DNA of 64,000 nt from an uncultured Bdellovibrionales bacterium (GTDB lineage Bacteria > Patescibacteriota > Minisyncoccia > Moranbacterales > UBA2206): positions 7,259-71,258 of the forward strand of contig CAYOTC010000003.1 in the NCBI GenBank assembly GCA_964406815.1, given 5' to 3'. The position numbers and the translations under genes are program-made. The notes below the pieces were generated by a model. The model worked only from the letters and a program-made list of their open reading frames with translations, was not told the origin of the DNA and did no database searches. Below are positions 46,737 to 54,332 of the stretch, one piece after another (position 1 is the stretch's first letter; each line of letters opens with the position of its first letter).

Positions 46737-47978
46737 ATGTTCAAGAAAATAGTAATTATCCCATTATTTTTACTTCTTCCCCTATTCTCCTACGCCTCTG
46801 ATAATAGACTTTTGGATCAATATGATGAATGGAAAGCGGAGCAAGACGAAAAGACATCAGTAAACCAAGCCGACGAAACCAAACAAGAAAACGGACAACC
46901 CACATTGTATAGAAATGATGATTATAAATTCAGAATAAATTTTCCTGCCGGTTGGGAGTTAAAAGATGGCGATGGCAAACACGTTGTCAAAAAAGCTGTC
47001 AAAGATGGTTGCACTGTCCTTGTTTTGGTTAAAGATTCACAAGAAGAAAAAAACACATTATCCACAAACGAAAGAGCTGAATTAAATTCTTTTGAGTTTA
47101 GCGATTTTTCCGATGAAGAAGCGGATGAGCTCATAAACGAAATGATCAAAGAAAATGAAACTGCTTTCCCTGGTAGTAAAACGATTGAAAAAGGAATTAG
47201 ATATTTGGATAACCGCAAGGCGGGTTATTATAAAGTTTCCACTCCCTATAAAGTAGCTAATATTGAAGCAAAAGCTATTGCTATCAATTATTTGACGATT
47301 CATAAGGGCAGATTTTATCAAATTATTGGATCATACCCGATAGAGCCAGTAACCGAACAAAATAAAGAGCCAGTTATAAATGCTTCTTTAATGACTTTTG
47401 TTTTTGAAGATTGGAACAATCAAGATAATGTTAATTCTATTTCTGAAAATTCAAACAATCCAGTTAAAGAGGCTCTTTTAGATTCTTATGGTGAAAATCT
47501 TAATAACTTTGGATTATTTTTGGCTGTAATTTTAAGCATCTTATTTACTTGGGGGTTTGGTCTTTTAATTCCAGTATTGATTCGCTTTGTTTTTTTGAAA
47601 AGACCTCTTTCAGGGGGGTTATCTTTTTTGATTGTTTTTATCACTTATTTAATCCAGTTTTCAATTCCATATCTTATAGGTGATATAAAAAGTGAGGATA
47701 GACCTCGCATTGCACTAATTCTCGTTGCTTTTGTTGCTTATAAGATATTAAGAAAAAAAGTATCTAATAAAATAAACAATGAAGAAAGCGATATTAGCAA
47801 AGAAGAAATAATTAAATATTGTAAAGAATGTGGCAATAAGATCAATGCTTCATCTACAATTTGCGATAAATGTCATATCCAAAAATCCAAAAAAAGACGG
47901 AAAGAATTATTATTAGCGTTTTTAGCTATTGTCTTGATTACAATGTTAATACTATTTGTAGCCATATTGTTTAGTTAA
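46737..47978 (+). CDS. signal-peptide membrane protein with cytoplasmic zinc ribbon
   Basis: Signal peptide MFKKIVIIPLFLLLPLFSYA; three TM helices; CKECGNKIN...CDKCH; terminal TM. Confidence 0.5.
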   Translation: MFKKIVIIPLFLLLPLFSYASDNRLLDQYDEWKAEQDEKTSVNQADETKQENGQPTLYRNDDYKFRINFPAGWELKDGDGKHVVKKAVKDGCTVLVLVKDSQEEKNTLSTNERAELNSFEFSDFSDEEADELINEMIKENETAFPGSKTIEKGIRYLDNRKAGYYKVSTPYKVANIEAKAIAINYLTIHKGRFYQIIGSYPIEPVTEQNKEPVINASLMTFVFEDWNNQDNVNSISENSNNPVKEALLDSYGENLNNFGLFLAVILSILFTWGFGLLIPVLIRFVFLKRPLSGGLSFLIVFITYLIQFSIPYLIGDIKSEDRPRIALILVAFVAYKILRKKVSNKINNEESDISKEEIIKYCKECGNKINASSTICDKCHIQKSKKRRKELLLAFLAIVLITMLILFVAILFS

Positions 47979-48000
47979 AAATTTCAATAAGAATAAAAAT

Positions 48001-48297
48001 ATGATTTGTAAAAAATGCCAAAAAGAAATAGATGATGATAGCAAATTCTGCGAATTTTGTGGAAATAAATTGGTAGAAAACACCAAGGATATAGCGCACA
48101 GAATTATAAAAACCGAACATAAGGAAGATAAGCTTCGTTTTTATACGAAAAATACAATTTTAATTTTTTCCGTCCTGATGGTAACCAGTTTTTTCCTTGA
48201 GAATTATTTTGGCGATAATGGTCTTATTTTGTCTATTCCAGCAACAATTTTAATAATTTTTATTTATAACAAGATTGCTAAAAAATTTAATTTATGA
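48001..48297 (+). CDS. zinc-ribbon plus TM small protein
   Basis: CKKCQKEIDDDSKFCEFCGNKL then two hydrophobic helices. Confidence 0.45.
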   Translation: MICKKCQKEIDDDSKFCEFCGNKLVENTKDIAHRIIKTEHKEDKLRFYTKNTILIFSVLMVTSFFLENYFGDNGLILSIPATILIIFIYNKIAKKFNL

Positions 48298-48854
48298 AAA
48301 TGATAAAAAACTTTTTTCAAAATAACAGAACTGCTCTGCTTGCAATAGTTATAACAGTAGTAGCAACTTCGGCAGTCGCATACGGTTTTTTTGTGATAAA
48401 AAACGAAAGGAAAAGTGCCAATCAGAGAGTTGAAGCCTTGCAAAAATCAGTGGAAGAATTACAAGCCAAAAATGAGACAAATCAAGAAATAAGCGAAGAG
48501 CCAGAAAAGGATATTCCTGTTGAAGAAACTTCTGTTCAACAATCCCCGATAGTCAAAAAGAGCGCGGTGGTTGCTCCAATAAAAACCGAGGAGGCGGAAG
48601 AAAAGCTAGTATCCTGTGTAGCTTTTAACGGTGATACCCTTAAGGTTAGCAAGGATGAATGTGATGAAATAAAGCAGAAGAATGTTATAGCTCAAAAAGC
48701 GTTGGATAAATATGAAGAATGTATTTCAAGCGCAGAAGAAGAATTTCAAGAAAATTTAAAAAGTGGTTACAGCTCGTCTTATCCGGAAGAATACAATAGG
48801 AGTGTTAATGAATGCGCAGAAGAAAGAAATGCGAAATTAGAAAAACTTTTGTAG
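48294..48854 (+). CDS. membrane-anchored coiled-coil protein, hypothetical
   Basis: N-terminal TM, coiled coil, Cys-containing C-terminus; start overlaps the previous stop (ATGA). Confidence 0.45.
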   Translation: MKMIKNFFQNNRTALLAIVITVVATSAVAYGFFVIKNERKSANQRVEALQKSVEELQAKNETNQEISEEPEKDIPVEETSVQQSPIVKKSAVVAPIKTEEAEEKLVSCVAFNGDTLKVSKDECDEIKQKNVIAQKALDKYEECISSAEEEFQENLKSGYSSSYPEEYNRSVNECAEERNAKLEKLL

Positions 48855-48925
48855 TTTCAGTTTTCTTGATTTCTGGCACATATTGGTGATACCATTAAAT
48901 ATCATACGCCTAAAAGCACACTCAT

Positions 48926-49855
48926 ATGCGCCTTAAATTGAAAAAAGCTATGTTTATAACCAGTGCTTTTTGTGCTGTTTTTTTATTTTCCAGTCCGGCT
49001 TTAGCCCATCCGGGGAAAACCGCATCTGACGGATGTCATTATTGCCGAACGAATTGTGACAAATGGGGCGTTCCGTGGAATCAGAGGCATTGCCACGGCG
49101 GAAGCGTCAGTCCGCCTACTGTAATCCCAAATCCAGCGCCAAGCAACGGATCAGGCAATGGTTCGGCAACTTCCAATACGCCAGTAACAGAAGTCAAAAA
49201 GTTATGCTCTAATAAAGATACTTGCACAGCCAAAGCCAACATTGTTATTGATGGCGACACGATAGTTTTAGATACGGGCGAAAAAGTTCGTTATATTGGA
49301 ATTGATACTTCGGAAACTGTTGATCCGCGAAAGCCAGTCCAGTGTTTCGGAAAAGAAGCGTCAGAAAAAAATAAAGAGCTTGTGGAGGGTAAGGAGGTTA
49401 GATTGGTTAAAGATATTTCTGATAAAGATAAATACGGACGGCTTTTGAGGTATGTTTATATTGGTGATGAATTTATTAACGATTCTTTGGTTAAAAACGG
49501 ATTTGCTCATTCTTCCAGCTATCCGCCGAACATAAAATACCAAGAGCAATTTAGTAAGTCAGAGGAGGAAGCAAGAAACAATAAAAACGGGCTCTGGGCT
49601 GACGGAGTATGCGGAAATCCGGTTAATGCCGAAACGGAAAACAAACCGGCAGAGCAGGAAAATATAGTCAATCAAGAAGAAATTGTTCAAAATCAGCCGC
49701 AAGACAGTGAAGTTGCTCAAACTACAAATAATACGGAGAATGATATGAATAAACCGGAAAGTAGTAGAGCAAGATTTAGCACAAAAGAAAGAATTTTTAT
49801 GTCATTATCCGGTGCAATCGGGGGGATTTATTACTTCGTAAAATCTATATTATAA
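48926..49855 (+). CDS. secreted staphylococcal-type (thermo)nuclease domain protein with Cys/His-rich N-terminal module
   Basis: Signal peptide ...SSPALA; SNase core VIDGDTIVLDTGEKVRYIGIDTSE...GRLLRYVYIGDEFINDSLVKNGFAH; Gln/Asn-rich tail. Confidence 0.7.
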   Translation: MRLKLKKAMFITSAFCAVFLFSSPALAHPGKTASDGCHYCRTNCDKWGVPWNQRHCHGGSVSPPTVIPNPAPSNGSGNGSATSNTPVTEVKKLCSNKDTCTAKANIVIDGDTIVLDTGEKVRYIGIDTSETVDPRKPVQCFGKEASEKNKELVEGKEVRLVKDISDKDKYGRLLRYVYIGDEFINDSLVKNGFAHSSSYPPNIKYQEQFSKSEEEARNNKNGLWADGVCGNPVNAETENKPAEQENIVNQEEIVQNQPQDSEVAQTTNNTENDMNKPESSRARFSTKERIFMSLSGAIGGIYYFVKSIL

Positions 49856-49864
49856 AAACACTCA

Positions 49865-50602
49865 ATGTCAGAGAATAATCCAAATATTAGTTTTGATATT
49901 ATTGATATTTTGTTAAAGACAGGATCTCTTTTGGGCTTTGTAGCATTCTTTTATACTTTAAGAATAAATGCCAGAAATGTGCCAAAATTTTATTTTGATT
50001 TCGGACATTTTTCCGGAATAAACAAGCTAAATAGCTCTGATGGAAAAATACACTTCGCGTGCACTTTTGGTGGAACAATAATCAATCAAAGTTCCGAAAG
50101 TAATTACATAAAAAAGATCTACTTAGCTGTCTGGGAAAACACTAAAAAACGAGATAAAACCTTAAGATTTGGTTACGGTGGCATAGATAAGATTAACGAC
50201 AAAGTTACGGAAGAGGATTTAGAACTACCCATAGAATTCAAACCCAAAGAGGGCAAACGAATTGAAATTAGATTTCTGCAACAAGCTACAGGAACTTGTG
50301 ATGAAAAACTTATTGAAGAAGCTAAGCCGGTAGCGTATATACTTCCAACCAATCCAATCCTTAGATTATTTGCCAAAAATAAGCATAGTATTTGCAGAAG
50401 TGGATATGAATTAGTTTTTGAAGATACAAAAGGCAATATGTTTGATCAAAAGGGCAAAATTATAAGCGGAAAGGTATTAAATTTAACCTGGACACTTTCA
50501 AGTTACAAAGGAATGAAACGAATTAGACAAGAAGTTAAAGTGCGCTATTATAAGTTAACTTTCTACCTTAAATCAGTTTTTATGAAACTTGGTTTCTTTT
50601 AG
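49865..50602 (+). CDS. membrane-anchored hypothetical protein
   Basis: N-terminal TM (ILLKTGSLLGFVAFFYTL), soluble domain. Confidence 0.45.
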   Translation: MSENNPNISFDIIDILLKTGSLLGFVAFFYTLRINARNVPKFYFDFGHFSGINKLNSSDGKIHFACTFGGTIINQSSESNYIKKIYLAVWENTKKRDKTLRFGYGGIDKINDKVTEEDLELPIEFKPKEGKRIEIRFLQQATGTCDEKLIEEAKPVAYILPTNPILRLFAKNKHSICRSGYELVFEDTKGNMFDQKGKIISGKVLNLTWTLSSYKGMKRIRQEVKVRYYKLTFYLKSVFMKLGFF

Positions 50603-50710
50603 TTTTTGGAGAAATTGGCTTCTTATGATAAATTTGGAATATAAAAAAAGTTACTGTTGAACATAAAGAAAGTTCTAACTTCCTCCACAGTTCGGCTCAA
50701 AAAGAAAAAA

Positions 50711-50740
50711 TCCAGGATTTATTCCTGGATTTTTTCTTTT
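50711..50740. terminator. bidirectional rho-independent terminator
   Basis: TCCAGGATTTATTCCTGGA flanked by an A-run and a T-run. Confidence 0.6.
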
Positions 50741-50883
50741 GGTCGAGGAGTGGAATCGAACCCGGCAGAAGCGAGATGCGATCCGCCATTGGCGGATAGT
50801 AATCAAGCGCCGGAAAATTCGAGCGAGTGAGGATTTTCCGCTGCCGAGGGCAACGAGTCTCGCCGCGGCGGGACGAGGCGATA

Positions 50884-50900
50884 GATTCCCCCTACCCGCT
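50884..50900 (+). repeat. attR: 17-bp copy of the tRNA-Gly(TCC) 3' end (GATTCCCCCTACCCGCT)
   Basis: Exact direct repeat of 42328..42344. Confidence 0.75.
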
Positions 50901-51038
50901 TATTCTCAAAAAACAGCTCCATTCAAGCTGTTTTTTTATTTTGAAATATAGTCAGCTTCTTGACAGTAATATATAATGGGTATATATTCATAATATAGAC
51001 TCAATTAATAAATTAAAATAGAAAGGAAGGTGATTAAT

Positions 51039-51293
51039 ATGCCAAGACAAAATGGAACAGGTCCGATGGGAATGGGTCCAATGACTGGACGAGGAATGGG
51101 TCCTTGTGGGGCAGGTTTTGGTTCGGGTTTGGGAATGGGCAGGGGTTATGGTAGGGCGATGTGCGGATGGTTTTATAGGAAATATCAGACAATGCCAAAG
51201 GGTGAAAGAAAAGAGTTGTTAAAAACGGAAATTGAAGATCTGAAACAAGAAATGCAAATGGTCGAAGAAGAACTGAAACAGCTAGAGAAATAG
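51039..51293 (+). CDS. DUF5320-family glycine-rich coiled-coil protein
   Basis: MPRQNGTGPMGMGPMTGRGMGPCGAGFG...coiled coil; RBS AAAGGAAGG; TTGACA-N17-TATATT promoter at about 50968. Confidence 0.65.
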   Translation: MPRQNGTGPMGMGPMTGRGMGPCGAGFGSGLGMGRGYGRAMCGWFYRKYQTMPKGERKELLKTEIEDLKQEMQMVEEELKQLEK

Positions 51294-51387
51294 TTTCCAT
51301 CGAAAGTAGCCTTTCTCCTTCTTGAGCTAGCAAGGAGGGAGGAGATTATTTTTAATGGTATAATAGTATTAAAATTAATATAATTTT

Positions 51388-51663
51388 ATGGTAAGACCAA
51401 GAATGTGCCGAAGATTGAGATTTAAACCAAAGGCGCACTATTTTAAGCCCCAAGGAATTCCGATGAATCAATTGGAAGAAACTGTTTTAACTAAAGAAGA
51501 AATGGAGGCGATAAAGCTCAAAGATTTTGATGGATTGGAGCAAATTGAAGCTTCAGAAAAAATGAATACTTCCCAAAGTACTTTTCAGCGAATCCTGTCT
51601 TCTGCCAGAGTTAAAATTGCCAGGGCGGTTGTCAATGGTGAGGCCTTAAGGATTGAAGAATGA
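51388..51663 (+). CDS. DUF134 / UPF0251-family predicted DNA-binding protein
   Basis: MVRPRMCRRLRFKPKAHYFKPQGIP...EAIKLKDFDGLEQIEASEKMNTSQSTFQRILSSARVKIARAV. Confidence 0.65.
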   Translation: MVRPRMCRRLRFKPKAHYFKPQGIPMNQLEETVLTKEEMEAIKLKDFDGLEQIEASEKMNTSQSTFQRILSSARVKIARAVVNGEALRIEE

Positions 51664-51707
51664 AAAAAGTATAATTTAAAACGATATTTTTGTTTTTTAT
51701 TATAATA

Positions 51708-51736
51708 TTGACAAATTATCAAAATAAAAGTAATAT
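51708..51736 (+). promoter_or_regulatory. sigma70-like promoter TTGACA-N17-TAATAT placed immediately before a terminator
   Basis: ttgacaaattatcaaaataaaagtaatat. Confidence 0.4.
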
Positions 51737-51744
51737 ATTTGCAA

Positions 51745-51785
51745 AAGAAAGGCTTTCGTTGACTTCGAGCCTTTCTTTTGTTTTT
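51745..51785 (+). terminator. rho-independent terminator (10-bp stem)
   Basis: AAGAAAGGCT-ttcgttgacttcg-AGCCTTTCTT followed by TTGTTTTT. Confidence 0.6.
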
Positions 51786-51924
51786 CCCTAAAATAAAGTA
51801 AAAGTTAGGAACCTGTGGATAACTTTAAAAATTGCCTATAAAACTGCTGAAAAAAGAAAATCTCTTTATTTTTTGGTAAAATTTATATTTTTTATATATG
51901 GATTAAGAGATGAAAATTCTGCTG

Positions 51925-51965
51925 AAGAGATTTTTGGCTATAAATAGCCAAAAATCTCTTTTTTA
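51925..51965. terminator. perfect 17-bp-stem hairpin plus T-run
   Basis: AAGAGATTTTTGGCTAT-aaa-ATAGCCAAAAATCTCTT followed by TTTTT. Confidence 0.6.
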
Positions 51966-52031
51966 AAACCCTAAAATTAGGAAAAATGTTGATTTTAAGC
52001 CAAAAATAGTGTATAATTAGGTCAGAAGAAA

Positions 52032-52217
52032 GTGCAAAAACCTTTATTAAAGGAGTTTGTTATGTTTATAGTAAATGCTGATAGTGTTGCAAGAATGATA
52101 AAAAAAGGCGATATTGACTTTCAAAAGTATCTCAATGTGTTAAGAAAAAGCCTTGAGATGCTTAAGAAAAAAAATATCATTGAGGTAACTTCAAATCCAA
52201 CCATGTTTATTGTCTAA
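52032..52217 (+). CDS. small hypothetical protein
   Basis: 61-aa ORF preceded by TTGATT-N17-TATAAT and followed by the terminator at 52250..52290. Confidence 0.3.
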   Translation: MQKPLLKEFVMFIVNADSVARMIKKGDIDFQKYLNVLRKSLEMLKKKNIIEVTSNPTMFIV

Positions 52218-52249
52218 TTCGACAAAAACAAAAACAAAAACACTTTTTC

Positions 52250-52290
52250 TCGCCAGGATCGGTTCTCCGACTCCTGGCGAAAATGTTTTT
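52250..52290 (+). terminator. rho-independent terminator
   Basis: TCGCCAGGA-tcggttctccgac-TCCTGGCGA followed by AAATGTTTTT. Confidence 0.55.
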
Positions 52291-52596
52291 AGGGATATTT
52301 TTTTTCTCTAACTTTTCTTGTCAGCAAGAAAAGTTACAAAAGAACTGTCCGCACGAATTCGCTCAGTATAAATTTTCGCTCATTCGTTCAAAATCCAGGT
52401 TATTCCTTCTGCAATAAGACCGGATTTTTTCACTCATTCACTCAATTTATAAACCTCGCGAATTAAGTGCGGAATTATAAAATGCTAAATACGCGCTTCG
52501 CAAAGTTTGGATTTGGAATGCAAGAATATAATAAATACTTTTGGATAATAAAAAACCGCCAGCATAACTGACGGTTTTTTTATTTATATCTAGTAT

Positions 52597-52950
52597 CTAG
52601 GCGATTTTCCGGAAAGTTATCTTGTAGACCGGTTCATAAGAATTCTGGTATTCATCTTTGATTTCCAGAGTCTTTCCTTCCATTAAGGTGCTCATAGCGA
52701 TGTCGGTAATAAGCTGGTTGGTTTCGTCAGATTTTTTCTTAAGATCTTCCAATCGGGCATACTTCGCTCCCATCCGGCCTTTGGTAATGTTCTCAATCTG
52801 TTTTTTCTTCTCTCGAAGTCTTTTCAGCTCGTCGGTGGTCTCTTCATATTCGTTGGCGTTTATCAGCGCATCTTTGTAGTCGCGGTTGATTTCCTTCATT
52901 TCTTTCTTCATTTCTTGGAGCTTGTCGAATAATTCCTGTACGTTTTGCAT
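52597..52950 (-). CDS. coiled-coil hypothetical protein
   Basis: 117-aa ORF with a hairpin plus T-run terminator downstream (52563..52590 region). Confidence 0.5.
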   Translation of the reverse strand: MQNVQELFDKLQEMKKEMKEINRDYKDALINANEYEETTDELKRLREKKKQIENITKGRMGAKYARLEDLKKKSDETNQLITDIAMSTLMEGKTLEIKDEYQNSYEPVYKITFRKIA

Positions 52951-53100
52951 TTTTATATTGTTAAGTGGTTAAATTGTTGAATTGTTAGAAACAGAAACAA
53001 CAAAATAAATCTTAGCACAGATTTTTTATTTTAGAAAATAAACCGTCAAATAGTGCGAAAAAATAGCGATGTGTTAGAATAAAGCATAAGATAGAATCCT

Positions 53101-53847
53101 ATGATTTCAAAAAAAATATCAATAATTCTTATCACTTTAATTATCGGCTTAGTTTTTGTTGCTGGCGGATTTATGTTTTTCAGAAAAACTCGCACAGAAA
53201 CAATAATTTTGCCAAATAATCAGGAAGAAAATAAAATTAAAGAGGAAAAGCAAATAGCAGAAAATAGCGTTAAGGAAACAAAAGAGGAAATTATAAAGGA
53301 AGCCAAGGAGGAAAGTGAGATTCCAAAGAAGGAATCTGCAAATGAGATAACAAAAAAACCTGAAATCCAAGAAGAAAATAAAAGCGATTTGAAAATAAAC
53401 GACAAGCTCATCAGTTGGGGATATGCGTCTTCCGATTCACGAAAGATTGATACAATTATCATCCATTCATCTTACGATGCTTTGGGAGATGATCCATTCA
53501 GTGTAAACGGGATAATCGCGGAATATAAGCAATACGGTGTTTCGGCCCATTATCTCATCGGTCGCGACGGAAAAATTTATCGCTTGGTCAAGGATAAAGA
53601 TATTGCCTATCATGCCGGAGTTTCAAAAATGCCGGACGGCAGAACCGGAGTTAATAATTTTTCCATCGGAGTTGAAATTGTGAACACTAAAACAGGAAAA
53701 ATTACTGCTGAGCAATATTCTTCTCTAAAAAAATTAATCGCTGAAATTAAAGGAAAATATAGCATAAAATATGTTCTCGGTCACAAAGATATCGCTCCGG
53801 ACCGGAAAGACGATCCTTGGGGATTTGATTGGAATAATATAAAATAA
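53101..53847 (+). CDS. N-acetylmuramoyl-L-alanine amidase (Amidase_2 / PGRP fold), membrane-anchored
   Basis: N-terminal TM; IIIHSS...AHYLIGRDGKIYRLV...AYHAGVS...GVEIVN...VLGHKDIAPDRKDDPWGFDW. Confidence 0.85.
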   Translation: MISKKISIILITLIIGLVFVAGGFMFFRKTRTETIILPNNQEENKIKEEKQIAENSVKETKEEIIKEAKEESEIPKKESANEITKKPEIQEENKSDLKINDKLISWGYASSDSRKIDTIIIHSSYDALGDDPFSVNGIIAEYKQYGVSAHYLIGRDGKIYRLVKDKDIAYHAGVSKMPDGRTGVNNFSIGVEIVNTKTGKITAEQYSSLKKLIAEIKGKYSIKYVLGHKDIAPDRKDDPWGFDWNNIK

Positions 53848-53892
53848 AACGTAAGGAGCAAAAATCTTTGTTCCGTACAAATCATAAAAAAT

Positions 53893-54156
53893 ATGCAAAT
53901 CATAATCGAAATCAAAAATAAGGTTACCAAGCTGATTCTCAAGGAGGGTGGTGCGATTTTGGATGAGTTTACTTTTCCGGAAGATCATAATATATCCGAA
54001 AGGCTTTTACCTTTGATTGATGAGCTTCTCAAGAGGCACGATTTAACTCCGAAAGATATCAAAAACTTTTCAGTGGAAACCGATTTGGGCGATTCCTATA
54101 CATCTCGCCGCATTGCCGAAATCGTGGCGAATGTATTCAATTGGGAAAACAAATAA
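53893..54156 (+). CDS. small hypothetical protein
   Basis: 87-aa ORF with a terminator 15 nt downstream. Confidence 0.4.
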   Translation: MQIIIEIKNKVTKLILKEGGAILDEFTFPEDHNISERLLPLIDELLKRHDLTPKDIKNFSVETDLGDSYTSRRIAEIVANVFNWENK

Positions 54157-54172
54157 ATTCTTAACAAAAATA

Positions 54173-54199
54173 AGCCGCCTCAAAAGGCGGTTTTTGTTA
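54173..54199 (+). terminator. rho-independent terminator
   Basis: AAGCCGCCTCAAAAGGCGG followed by TTTTTGTT. Confidence 0.55.
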
Positions 54200-54332
54200 T
54201 GTCTGATTGACAATTATTAAGAAGTATAATAAAAATATATCGCGTTATCATCGTATTAATAGCGCAAATAGAACCTTAAAAATAAATTATGACATAAAAA
54301 ACTATTAATAACTTTTGAAAAAGGGGTAAAAA

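Larger units (their letters stand above)
42328..50900. mobile_element. ~8.5 kb integrative element in tRNA-Gly(TCC); large serine recombinase plus TerS-like protein, no structural genes (phage-satellite / PICI-like)
   Basis: 17-bp direct repeat GATTCCCCCTACCCGCT at 42328..42344 and 50884..50900, each followed by an AACAGCT...AGCTGTTTTT hairpin; recombinase gene abuts attL; cargo genes listed separately. Confidence 0.7.

Noticed and set aside
42328-50900. Complete prophage
   Set aside because: No capsid, portal, large terminase, tail or lysis genes are present. The 8.5 kb size is too small. The content fits an integrative satellite or island instead.
50741-50905. Possible tmRNA (ssrA) on the minus strand, suggested by the GGTTCGATTCC T-loop motif and a GC-rich body
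   Set aside because: It is only ~145 nt. The acceptor strands do not pair, no tRNA-Ala-like 5' end is present, and the only in-frame candidate tag (…AENPHSLEFSGA stop) does not resemble a proteolysis tag. Kept as an unexplained GC-rich island, not an ssrA call.
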